Origin: an uncultured SAR324 cluster bacterium
Lineage (GTDB): Bacteria; SAR324; NAC60-12
Direction: 5' to 3'
Assembly (NCBI GenBank): GCA_905182865.1
Contig: CAJJCY010000003.1
Coordinates: 393,740-457,739 of the forward strand
DNA: 64,000 nucleotides
Shown here in pieces: positions 1 to 10,060 of this stretch. The notes beneath the pieces were generated by a model that did not search any database, had not been told where the DNA came from, and saw only the letters and a program-made list of their open reading frames with translations. Every line of letters begins with the position of its first letter. Position 1 is the first letter of the stretch. The translations under genes and the position numbers were made by a program.

Positions 1-428
1 TCGTAATGACTTGAAGTTTGCTGAGTGTTATCAAACAGGTCCTGAACGGACTCCCCATAGAATTCTCGTTTCCTGGCTAAGATAACGTAGTATTCGTTAT
101 CATCTGAGGACCATTCCACTTGTTGTGTTGTCAAAAGTGTAATATGCGCTTATTGCACTTGCTTATCAGTCCTTCAATAGTTGCAAATGCAGTAGCCAGT
201 TGCCAGTTGCAATATTAGCGGTTCGGACAATCTTCATAGCATGCCAATTTACTTGGTACAGGATCACCTGGAAAGACAGAGTTTTGTGTTGAAAATGACA
301 GTAGAGTTATCTGCGGTGCAGTCTGGATCGTCCAATGCTAGGTAAGACTAGTTAATTAAGCTGAACCATCTCCGCCCAGTGCCTGTGAATAGAAATGCAA
401 ACCTATGGTCCGTCATTTCTGGTAAGAG

Positions 429-1748
429 TTATGTAGATGATACATCTTCCACCCATTGATTGCACTCAGTAGCTTCTAATTTTAAAGTTTGTTCCATCCC
501 AATAAACCTTTGTTCGTAAGCCAGACCGATCAGTCCAATAATGAGGGAATATTCTTGATAGAGCCTAGTGTGATAGTTATTCTTGAGTCCATTTAATGAG
601 CTTTCCACCCCAGGAACGTACGTGTAATTAGTTCCTGTCTGATCAGCTGCTCCACTAAAATCCATTTTTGCAACGGTGCTATTGTCTCCACACCTGCTTG
701 CAGAGGGCATCCATAGTCCATAATATCCTATGTATCCGTAGTAATCAGTTCCGCTAGTCGTTGCTTTGATAGGAAAACCGAGTTAATATTTAGCCTGCTA
801 CCATTATCATGATATAAACCATATCTCCATGCGGATTGTAGATATTTATCACGTCGCAGACAAACAGGGTCACTTGTTGTTGATCCCACTTTTTTCTGCT
901 TGTAAAAATATTTATCACTGAATGCTATTTTATAGGACTTTTGTTCACCCGTCGGCTGACGGCTTTGATTCATCTTCGGCATTGTAGTAATAGCTGTACC
1001 TGCACCACTCTTCTTCCTGACAGCAACAGAAAATTGTGAAGTAGTGCCATCACTTTCAAGTTGTGGATTATAAAACTGAAGAACATTTGAACCGTCTTTT
1101 TTCTTTTTAGTTCTCAAGTAACCTTTAAAAATTTCTGTCCCGGAAGTTGTAGTACCTTGACGCAAACTAAAGGCCATCTTGAAGTGACCCCATGGGTGCT
1201 CATCTGATGGACTCTGATAAACTTTAGACTGTGCATAAATAACAGCGTCTTGTGTGCCGTCTTCATCCATATCAAATGGTATCCAGGCCTTAACAATCAT
1301 TGGCTCGCCATCGGCTCTAGAAGAATTTACAGTCCACATTTCGTATTTTGGTGCATTACTGTTTCCACTCAGATTCGCCGCATTGAGATTTATCAATTTG
1401 AGCTTTATAATTTCCTTGACCAATCATTTGGCCTGCTCTTGTCTGCCCCATCCAACACAAAATACTATTAGCTGTGTCAAATGCATCAGCCGACCTTTCA
1501 TAGACAAACGTTTCGGTTTCGTCGACGTTAATGTCTTCGCCTGATGTGAAGTCGCTTGCGGTTTTAAATGCTGTTCGAGAAGTGGCGGAGGCGCTGCTAT
1601 TTGCCGAGACCAGGCTCACTTTAGAAGAAAGAGTAAGTGCACCGCTACCGGACGAGGCACTGACATCAATATCGGTATCGCCACCGCCGCCATAAGAAGA
1701 AGAAGAAGCAGCAGAAGAAGAACTGCTGTCTGACTTCGCACAGCCCAT
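429..1748 (-). pseudogene. Fragmented gene for a secreted protein or lipoprotein. Three overlapping minus-strand ORFs (429-710, 728-1423, 1356-1748), with coding-like sequence continuing to the window start.
   Basis: Consecutive ORFs overlap in different frames. The upstream piece is Ser/Gly-rich ('MGCAKSDSSSSS...GGGGDTDIDV'). There is no recognisable domain. Confidence 0.35.
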
Positions 1749-2033
1749 GATAAAAAACTTTAGAAGATAGTAAATTAGTAAAATTTTTCTTACTAGATCT
1801 CTTTGAATAATAAAGGTTAATAACCAAAAAACATATAAATAACAGACGACTTGATGTTTCCATACAGAACTGAAAATAGTTTATTCTTTTAAAAAATAAT
1901 TCAAGTAAAAATCAACAATTATAAAACTTTTGGATATACCTTAATTTTCGTAAATATTCCCAGAAAATTTAGGCAGTTGTCCGGTGTTTTCAATTAAAGG
2001 GAATAAAGGCAAGAATTAATTAGGGGTTCAGGA

Positions 2034-2857
2034 CTACCCTTCCATTCCTTCCCGAAAAGTAGGATAGCAGAGTGTGATACCAAGCTCCAGCAAACGTTGA
2101 TTTGAAATAAAACGTTGTGGAGTTCCCGGAAGACAATCGGCAGCATCAGGCAGCATTTCCTCAGTTAAATCATTCCGGTTTTCTACCAGCCAACGCGCGA
2201 CTTCCCAGGACGGTTTTGCTTCAAGGTCAACTGCGTTAACGCAGTTGGGGGCGTCCGGATTATCTACAAGATGACATATTATTCTTGCCAGGTCCTTGAC
2301 ATGGATGCGGTGTACTGGAGTATTTGAAACAGGAATCGGCTTTCCAGACTTGAGTCGTACGTCAATTCCACGTTCGTAGCCATAGATACCTCCAGGACGA
2401 ACGACTTGCAAACTGAAATATTGGGAGAGAATTTTTTCGGTTAACAGGCGTAGTTTTCCAGAATTTGTATCTGCTTCAAATTCTGAATCCTCACTCCAGA
2501 TTCCGTTGCATTTCGGATAAACGCCTGTAGTTGAAATGTAGATCATACGTTTTAGTTCCGGGCGATTATGCTCATCCACTTTCCCCAAAGGTGCAGGCGC
2601 TCCGCTTCCGTTTCCGGATTCTTCAGCAGAGGAGGAATGGTCATAACAAGGGTTACTGGCAGTTTCGGGCAAGGCAGACCAATTATTTTCGTTAGCCCAA
2701 TCAAAGAGAAAAACTGGAAAGTGGTCGGTTCCGTAAGCTTAGTTTTGTGCCATGTGCCCCAGGATTCCGGAACTGCGGAAAATTCACGGGCCAGAATCTG
2801 TCCCAAAAATCCTAAACCAAGAATTCCGACTGGAGGAAAAGCAGCTTTATTAATCAT
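2034..2857 (-). CDS. NAD(P)-binding epimerase/dehydratase-family (SDR-like) protein, split by an apparent frameshift into ORFs 2552-2857 and 2034-2672.
   Basis: The N-terminal piece has the Rossmann motif 'GILGLGFLG'. The C-terminal piece is epimerase-like ('RPGGIYGYERG', 'HVKDLARI'). The two ORFs overlap over 2552-2672. Confidence 0.55.
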
Positions 2858-2977
2858 TTATTTTGTATCAAGCATGTGGAAAATGGAACTTGGTCAAGAT
2901 TAGTTCCAGGTGGTTGTGAAACAATTGAGGGGAGTGAATGAATGGACGTATCCAGAGAAAAGAGTCTTAATCGTTTC

Positions 2978-3760
2978 TCAGGCTCGAATATTGACGCTGC
3001 TGTTATTCTGATTAATTTGAGTAGATTCCTGAAATCCCACCAAACCACCCAGATCCTTGATCATTTCCAGCATTCCAAACATCAGTTTTTCTTCACCGTT
3101 GACTTTCATTGACTCAGCAAAGGAGCGGTGAACACTCTCTGTTGATTCCATCAACACAGCAAATTTGGAATTTTTTAGCAGCGCAAATGCCTTGAGGTAG
3201 TTTTCCGGATCCTGCATCAAGTCACTAATTTCATCACCCAAATCACTGATATCATCCAGCGCAAAACTTTTATATTCAGGAAGTTCTTTTATCTTTCTGA
3301 TTGATTCACCGTTCAACTCGGTTATGCGGGAGTCTACAGTTTTACCAAATTGTTCTGCTCCCTCTGAAGTGAGCTGCTGTTGTTTGGCAACGTTTTCAAA
3401 TCCTGAAACTACCATGCCATAGGTACGGCGCAGAGTCATTGTACTTTCATGAGAGTCTGCTCTGAGAATGTTGTTTAGATCAGGATTTGGTGGCATTGTT
3501 TTCTTTCCCAGTTTTGAGTTTCCAGGGAAACGGGGAGTTTTTTTTGAGACAGGATCTTGTGTTTTATCATTTGCCTCCTTTTTTTCAAGAGACGCCTTTG
3601 GTCTTTCCGTGTTTTGATTATTTACCACCGGAGCAGTTTTTGCTGATACTTGCATGGTTCCTGTATTGGTTATCTGTGGTATGGTTTGCTCTCCGTGTAA
3701 TACAAGAATCCAGCCAAATCCACCTAATTTGACTTGAGACTCCATGTTCTGACAATGCAC
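2978..3760 (-). CDS. hypothetical protein
   Basis: 260-aa ORF with no recognisable motif. The real start may be at an internal Met. Confidence 0.35.
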   Translation of the reverse strand: MHCQNMESQVKLGGFGWILVLHGEQTIPQITNTGTMQVSAKTAPVVNNQNTERPKASLEKKEANDKTQDPVSKKTPRFPGNSKLGKKTMPPNPDLNNILRADSHESTMTLRRTYGMVVSGFENVAKQQQLTSEGAEQFGKTVDSRITELNGESIRKIKELPEYKSFALDDISDLGDEISDLMQDPENYLKAFALLKNSKFAVLMESTESVHRSFAESMKVNGEEKLMFGMLEMIKDLGGLVGFQESTQINQNNSSVNIRA

Positions 3761-4743
3761 ACTGGAAAATTAAAATTAGCTGATTTTATTCTAATCAAAA
3801 AAACTTCTGCACTTTTGAAAAAGATTTATCGTTTTTTTGCCCTCATAACTGTCTGCTCTGTCGTGCTGGGATTATGTCTCAGTCTGGTTGTGATTCCGCA
3901 GCAAATTTTGGCGTATGAAGAACAGGCACTGCCAAAAAACTGGAAAAAAATTTCGCTCAAAAAACTGAAGCTAGTGTTATGATTGGAGACACCTTTGATG
4001 CAGATTTTAATAGAAACGGACGATTTACCAATCCCCAAGAACGAGTCCGGTTGCTCTATGTCGATACTCCGGAATTAAAAAAATCACACAAAGGAAAAGA
4101 TCCCAAACTAGGTTTGCCTGCTAAAGGTTTTTTAAGGACAGTGCTTTCAAAAACAAATGCTGTTTTATGGGTTGACCAAAAAAACAAAACGGGCAACTAT
4201 GGACGGCTTCTTGCGGTTTTGGAAGTCAAGGGGCATAACATTAATTTGGCGCTGATAAAACGTGGTCACAGCTACTTCAACACACGCTACTCCTGGCCCG
4301 AGGGTTTCAAAACCTACGCTCTTGCTGAAGCCGATGCCTTTGAAAAACACCTTGGAATCTGGAGTTTTCGAAAATCACGCAAGCGCTATCTGCTGCGGCT
4401 TAGAGAAGAAGGGAAAACGGTTTATTCCACCAAAAATCCGTATTTTGTGGCAAAAATCCAAAATGCGGAAGTTATTGATTTGTCAAAATACAATGGACGC
4501 TTTGTGCGAGTTCAGGGCAAAATTAAAAAAATTCAGCAGCTGCGAAAAGGTGCTCAGCTTATTTATTTGAAACATAAGCGCATGAAAAAGGGGCTGCCGG
4601 TTATCAGCTTTGAAAATCAGCGAAACTGGCTGGGACTGCAAAAAATTCGTAAAGGTGATCTTTTGCAAATTGAGGGTTTTGCAACTCTCTACAAAAAAAA
4701 GCAGTGGCAAATTAAACTGCATCGGGCGGTAATTTTAAATTAG
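3734..4743 (+). CDS. Membrane-anchored thermonuclease (staphylococcal nuclease/SNase family). The TM anchor ORF 3734-3982 and the SNase domain 3979-4743 are in different frames around an A7 run at 3944-3950.
   Basis: SNase motifs 'GDTF', 'LLYVDTPE', 'GRLLAVL', 'ALIKRGHSY', 'AEADAFEKHLGIWS'. The upstream ORF carries a TM helix 'FFALITVCSVVLGLCLSLVVIP'. Confidence 0.7.
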
Positions 4744-4927
4744 ATGTTGAAGGATTTTAGTTACGAAAATGTTCAGAATCATGTAATAGTGTCACCACAG
4801 AGCCACAGAGAGTACGTAGAGAAAAAAATAATTAAAATAGCTTTCTGTGTATTTTGTCTGCTCTGTGGAAAAATGTTTTTCAATATTTCATGATTATTTT
4901 ATTTCATCAAATTTCATAAAATGATTT

Positions 4928-5416
4928 ATGAAAAGGTTGAATAAATTTCAATTTACTCAAATAAAAATATCAATCTTGATAGGAGTAGTAATTATGTTGT
5001 GGGGTATTAATGGTTTTTCAGTTGGTCGTCCGCATAATATTGGTCTGAAAAATAATCTGCTCGTAGCTTGTCCAAGAAGCCCCAATTGCGTTTTGAGCCA
5101 GGCGAGTGATGCAAAACATAAGATTAAGCCAATTTATTATTCAACATCTGTAGAAGCGGCAAAAGAAAAACTAATCAAGGTAATACAATCGATGGATGGC
5201 ACACGAATTATCACGCAGGACGAAGTCTATTGGCATGTCAAATTCACCACACGCTGGCTGCGTTTTATAGACGATGTTGAGTTTTATTTTCCGGAATCCG
5301 AAGCATTGATTCATCTGCGTTCGGCATCCCGTTCAGGATATTGGGATTTGGGAGCCAACCGGAAACGAGTAGAGGAAATCCGTTCAAGGTTTGAAGAACT
5401 TGCAAAGGAGAACTGA
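4928..5416 (+). CDS. DUF1499-family protein
   Basis: N-terminal TM segment and the 'CPRSPNCVLSQAS' motif typical of DUF1499. Confidence 0.55.
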   Translation: MKRLNKFQFTQIKISILIGVVIMLWGINGFSVGRPHNIGLKNNLLVACPRSPNCVLSQASDAKHKIKPIYYSTSVEAAKEKLIKVIQSMDGTRIITQDEVYWHVKFTTRWLRFIDDVEFYFPESEALIHLRSASRSGYWDLGANRKRVEEIRSRFEELAKEN

Positions 5417-5418
5417 AC

Positions 5419-5622
5419 TTAACGCATTTTGTTCAGCAGATCTCCATCGGATTCTTTGTAATAGTCCTGGTTACGCTGTAGAGTTCCGCTGAGAGCAGAA
5501 GGCGCATCCGGTCCTGGGGCATAAATTTGCTGCTGGGCTTTTTCTGTTCTGTTCCAGTTGCATGCAGTCAGCATCATTAGTACTGCTCCAAAAAGCAGAC
5601 TCATTGTCAGATTGATCTTCAT
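5419..5622 (-). CDS. small lipoprotein
   Basis: Signal peptide with lipobox 'LTAC'. Tail-to-tail with the DUF1499 gene. Confidence 0.4.
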   Translation of the reverse strand: MKINLTMSLLFGAVLMMLTACNWNRTEKAQQQIYAPGPDAPSALSGTLQRNQDYYKESDGDLLNKMR

Positions 5623-5727
5623 TCAGTTTTCCTGTATTTTTATGTGCTCAATGTCATTATCTGCAACTACTTTAAAAAACTCTTTATACTGTCGCAAGCT
5701 ATTTGTCACAATTAGTTCCGGAGACAT

Positions 5728-6651
5728 ATGAAAACCATTGTCATAGTTAATCCTCAAGCAGGAAACGGTAGAACTGAGAAGATTTGGCCAAACATTGAAT
5801 CGGTTTTGGAAAAGAGCATTGGTTCGTTTGAGGTATTGCATACAACTTGTCGGGGCGATGCCACGGATTTAAGCCGCAGAATTTTAGCAGTAGATACTGT
5901 AAGAATAGTGGCGGTTGGTGGAGATGGTCATCTTAATGAAGTGCTGAACGGATTTATTGAAAACGATCTTCCTGTAAATCCGGAAGCAAGATTGAGTTTT
6001 GTGATGACTGGAACAGGATGTGATTTTCAGCGTTCACTGGGCATTTCCGGCAAGTGGCAGAATGCTGCTGCAAAGTTGAAAGATGCAAAAGTGCGCAAAA
6101 TTGATGTCGGAAAAGTTACCTACACTGCAGCAGATAAGACGCAGAAAATCCGTTATTTTGACAACATCGCAAGTTTCGGTCTCAGTGGAGCAGTAGATCA
6201 TTGCCTTGAACACTCAAGACTGCGAGACTATTTGGGCGGATCACCACTCTTCTTGTGGGCCACCATCAAAACCGTTTTCACTCATCCAAACCAGAGTATC
6301 CGTTTTCGTATTGACGATGGTCCTGAAGAGGAAATTTGCTCAAGACTCTGCTTATTGGCCAACGGACGTTATTTTGGTGGTGCAATGCATGCCGCTCCTG
6401 AAGCAGAACTGGACGACGGGTTGCTCGATTTGTTAATGCTGAAAGAAATTTCTGTGGCAAAATTTCTGTGGCATCTGCCAAAAATATACAAAGGTACACA
6501 TTTGAAGATTCCAGAAATATTTTTTCAAAAAGTTCGTAAATTCACTGCCGAAAGTTCTGAACAGGTTATTCTAGATATCGACGGTGAGTCTCCGGGATAT
6601 TTGGCTGCAACTTTTGAAGTCCTGCCAAAGATTTTGAATCTGCAAATATGA
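5728..6651 (+). CDS. Diacylglycerol/lipid kinase, catalytic-domain family (YegS/DagK-like)
   Basis: 'IVNPQAGNG' N-terminus and the 'VAVGGDGHLNEV' DAGK_cat signature. 307 aa. Confidence 0.75.
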   Translation: MKTIVIVNPQAGNGRTEKIWPNIESVLEKSIGSFEVLHTTCRGDATDLSRRILAVDTVRIVAVGGDGHLNEVLNGFIENDLPVNPEARLSFVMTGTGCDFQRSLGISGKWQNAAAKLKDAKVRKIDVGKVTYTAADKTQKIRYFDNIASFGLSGAVDHCLEHSRLRDYLGGSPLFLWATIKTVFTHPNQSIRFRIDDGPEEEICSRLCLLANGRYFGGAMHAAPEAELDDGLLDLLMLKEISVAKFLWHLPKIYKGTHLKIPEIFFQKVRKFTAESSEQVILDIDGESPGYLAATFEVLPKILNLQI

Positions 6652-6678
6652 TTCAGCTTCAAAAAATACTAAAAAAAC

Positions 6679-7491
6679 TCATGAGACTGTTCGCAGGTGT
6701 TTCAACAGGAGTTGATGTCGAGAATTAAACAGTGCCCTGAAGGCCAGGATAACAACTAAGGTCGCGCCTAAAGCTGCACCTGAGGCAATAACAAAAATCA
6801 TCATTATTTGATAACGGACTGCTTCTCCTGGACTGACACCGGCCAATATTTGACCGGTCATCATTCCGGGCAAACTTACAATACCCATCACCAACATTGA
6901 ATTGAGCGTTGGAATCATGCTTGTTCGCAAAGCATCGCGAATTAAGTCATGTGCGGCTTCCCACGATGTCGCACCCAGACTGAGCAGCATTTCAACTTCT
7001 TTGCGTCGCACGGACAAGCTGTCCATAAAACGCTCCAGGGCCAGTGAAATTCCGTTGAGTGTATTTCCCAAAACCATGCCGAGGAGAGGAAAAAGGTACT
7101 GTGGAGAATACCATGGATCAATTTGCAGAACTCCAGAAAGTGCAAAAAACATAACAAAAAATCCGGCACCAAGGATTGAAATGAAACTGTTCAAATAAAT
7201 TGTGGAAAATCGTTTTCGTGTACGTCCAACTGCAGTGATGGAAGCGATTGTTGCCATGAACAATGCAACTCCAAGAATCCAAAAAGGGTTGTTAAGTGCA
7301 AAAACCCAGTCCAATAAAAAGCCGACCAGCAGCAATTGTCCCACCATTCTCAATGAAGCAATACTCCACTGCTTTGCCAGCCCAAGTTTCAAAATAAGCG
7401 ACAAACCAATATTGACTGCCATCAAGACTGAGGCAGTCAGCAACTGTCCGATAGTGAGAAAAATATAATCAGTTTCCATTTTCTGATTCAA
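6679..7491 (-). CDS. fetB: ABC transporter permease, UPF0014/FetB-like
   Basis: Polytopic 270-aa membrane protein immediately downstream of, and overlapping, an ABC ATPase gene. Its length and 'SLGAT' region resemble FetB/YbbM. Confidence 0.6.
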   Translation of the reverse strand: MNQKMETDYIFLTIGQLLTASVLMAVNIGLSLILKLGLAKQWSIASLRMVGQLLLVGFLLDWVFALNNPFWILGVALFMATIASITAVGRTRKRFSTIYLNSFISILGAGFFVMFFALSGVLQIDPWYSPQYLFPLLGMVLGNTLNGISLALERFMDSLSVRRKEVEMLLSLGATSWEAAHDLIRDALRTSMIPTLNSMLVMGIVSLPGMMTGQILAGVSPGEAVRYQIMMIFVIASGAALGATLVVILAFRALFNSRHQLLLKHLRTVS

Positions 7492-8254
7492 GGGAAAACA
7501 TGTTGCGGCACATTCTTTGTAATTGATCCGGATTATGACTGACCCAAATCCAGGCTCGTTGAGGCTTTGTATTTGCTGTATCCGAATTACTATCCGGAAG
7601 TTCTTTTTGCCATTTTTCGAGCAGATATTCGAAACGACCAGTCAGTACTGCGTCCAGTGATGCAGTTGGTTCATCAAGCAAAAGCACCTGCGGTTCCAGT
7701 TGCAGTACCCGGAGTAGTGCTGTAATCTGTGCTTCTCCTCCGGAAAGGTCCTTTGCAGGACGTTGCAAAAATTCAGAATAATCACCAACTCCTGAAGAAT
7801 TGCCGGCTGCGGTCGGCAGCGAAAATTGTTCCAGCCACGCCAGGATTTGTTTTTGGTCGTAGCGGCGATGTTGATGTGCTTTTAACTGGAATGCACGTTT
7901 TAAATTTGTTTCAACGGTTTCATCGAAAAACACAGGATTTTGAGGAATGTAGCTGACTTTGGTGCGGTATTGAGGCATTTCCCAGTTGTGCAGGGATATA
8001 CCGTCAAAATTAATAGTTCCGGTTTCACCGGAAGGTGCGGACTCAATAACATCTAATCCGGCTAATGTTCGTAACAGGAGACTCTTACCGCTTCCGGAAG
8101 AGCCCGACAAAGCAAGTTTATCTCCCGGAGCTAAATGCAGGTTGATCTTACTCCAAATCCAGTTGCCTGAAATTTGACGGCTCAAGTTTTTACAGGATAG
8201 TCCTGCATCAGATTTTTGACTTGTCCTCACAGATGAGATGTCCGTAGAATGCAT
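7469..8254 (-). CDS. fetA: ABC transporter ATP-binding protein (FetA/YbbL-like)
   Basis: Walker A 'SGSSGSGKS', signature 'LSGGE', Walker B 'LLLDEPTASLD'. Confidence 0.7.
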   Translation of the reverse strand: MHSTDISSVRTSQKSDAGLSCKNLSRQISGNWIWSKINLHLAPGDKLALSGSSGSGKSLLLRTLAGLDVIESAPSGETGTINFDGISLHNWEMPQYRTKVSYIPQNPVFFDETVETNLKRAFQLKAHQHRRYDQKQILAWLEQFSLPTAAGNSSGVGDYSEFLQRPAKDLSGGEAQITALLRVLQLEPQVLLLDEPTASLDAVLTGRFEYLLEKWQKELPDSNSDTANTKPQRAWIWVSHNPDQLQRMCRNMFSLESENGN

Positions 8255-8909
8255 TACTTTAGCCTTTGTCTATTCGATTACATTGACAGTCTTTATGCCA
8301 GACAATTATACTCTTTTGCAACGGAAATATTGGATTTTCGATCTCGATGGTACTCTTACTGTAGCAGTACATGACTTCAATGCTATCCGAAATGAGTTAG
8401 GAATTCCAGCAGGACAGCCCATACTTAAAACCATCGAATCTCTTCCAGAAAATGAATCACTTACTCTTCAGCAAAAACTTCAGAAGATAGAAGAAAAACT
8501 GGCACGAAACGCAAGACCTGCAAAGGGTGTAAAAAATTTACTGGAAGCACTCCATCACAGGAATTATCATTTGGGCATACTCACCTTAAACTCTAGAGAA
8601 AATGCATGGCTCACGCTGGAGGCTCTCGATTTGGTAGATTACTTCAACGAAGATTGCGTTATTGGACGCAGTTGTGTAGAACCAAAACCTTCCCCGAAGG
8701 GAATTCACAGGTTGCTGAATCAATGGAAAGTTGAAGCAAACGACGCGTTAATCGTGGGGGACTATCTTTATGACCTGCAGGTGGGACGTGCCGCGGAAAT
8801 TGTAACGGTTCATGTTGATCCCAAAGGAGAATTTTCCTGGCCGGAACTCACGGATATTCAGGCAAATTCTTTAGACGAACTTGCCGATTTATTAGCTGAT
8901 AACAGCTGA
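8238..8909 (+). CDS. HAD-superfamily hydrolase (phosphatase). The likely true start is the internal Met near 8295.
   Basis: Motif I 'IFDLDGTL' and motif IV 'VGDYLYDLQ'. Confidence 0.7.
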   Translation: MSVECITLAFVYSITLTVFMPDNYTLLQRKYWIFDLDGTLTVAVHDFNAIRNELGIPAGQPILKTIESLPENESLTLQQKLQKIEEKLARNARPAKGVKNLLEALHHRNYHLGILTLNSRENAWLTLEALDLVDYFNEDCVIGRSCVEPKPSPKGIHRLLNQWKVEANDALIVGDYLYDLQVGRAAEIVTVHVDPKGEFSWPELTDIQANSLDELADLLADNS

Positions 8910-9090
8910 TGGTATTATCAAATCTTCCTGCTTGTCACTTGCGACTTTCTCCTCTTTGGTGTTAGATGACTCCTGCCTTACTCTTTAATTTGAGGGTAGT
9001 ATCTGGGTTCAATTCTACAGATAATAGAGACCAGCGGAAGAAGTAATTATTTCGTCACATCGGACTTAATCCGGGTTGCAGTTGTGCAGT

Positions 9091-9915
9091 TTATGATTTA
9101 GATTTTTTATCCGGGGTTTTTTGCTTTTCCGGCACCGGAACTTTTTCTTTTTTCCCAGCCATCTGTGAGACAAGAATGCTGATTTCATATAGAATAATAA
9201 GAGGTCCGGCCATTAATGTTTGTGTAAACACATCCGGAGGAGTGAGGATTGCGGCACCAATAAAAATGACGACCAGCGAATATTTACGGTTTTTCCGTAG
9301 CCAGGTTGCATTGATGAGTCCAAGTCTGGTGAGAATGAATGAGACTGTCGGTAACTCAAAAACCAGTCCGAATGCAAATAACAGGTGAATAGTCAGTGAG
9401 AGATAACTGGCCATGCTCAAGGATGGCAAAGTGAATTTATTTTCAAAACCCAAAAAGAAATCATAACCAAAGGGAATCACGACAAAATAACCGAAAAGGC
9501 CTCCGCCGACAAAAAGTGGATATGAAAGTAAAATAAAGGGCCAGACTGCGTTGCGTTCTTTTGAAAAAAGTGCCGGCCGAACAAACAACCAGATTTGACC
9601 AAGCAGGTAGGGGAATGATAAAAAAATTGCAGCATATAGACCGATCCGCAGATATGTGAAGAACGGTTCTGTTAATTCGAGAAAGACTAGGGGGACGTTG
9701 CGTGCATCTAATGGTGCGCGAAAGGCTGAAAGAATTGGTTGATCCAGTTCCATTTCTACAACAGTTGTACCAACGAAAACTACCAGTATTACAATAATTA
9801 TACGGACAAGACGCTTACGCAGTTCACCAAGATGAGAGGTTAAAGGCATAGGGACATCATCTGAATTTTCATTTTTATCTGGATCTTTTTTTTGTTCAGA
9901 TTTGTTTTTGCTCAT
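9091..9915 (-). CDS. tatC: twin-arginine translocase subunit TatC
   Basis: 'LTSHLGELRKRL' N-terminus and the six-TM TatC profile. Confidence 0.85.
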   Translation of the reverse strand: MSKNKSEQKKDPDKNENSDDVPMPLTSHLGELRKRLVRIIIVILVVFVGTTVVEMELDQPILSAFRAPLDARNVPLVFLELTEPFFTYLRIGLYAAIFLSFPYLLGQIWLFVRPALFSKERNAVWPFILLSYPLFVGGGLFGYFVVIPFGYDFFLGFENKFTLPSLSMASYLSLTIHLLFAFGLVFELPTVSFILTRLGLINATWLRKNRKYSLVVIFIGAAILTPPDVFTQTLMAGPLIILYEISILVSQMAGKKEKVPVPEKQKTPDKKSKS

Positions 9916-10060
9916 TATTATAGGCTACAAAAATATGGTAAATAATTATAATTTGAGTTGAATACAAACAGACATTCGAACCTATCTTTCAACTATTTTT
10001 TTATAGTTCCTGATTAACGACTGAACGCCAACCATATTTTGTACCATAAATCGATTTTAT

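Noticed and set aside
1-153. Partial minus-strand coding frame running off the window start ('...YYVILARKREFYGESVQDLFDNTQQTSSHY')
   Set aside because: It is under 60 codons within the window and has no start or domain. It is probably part of the degraded gene at 429-1748 or of a neighbour outside the window.
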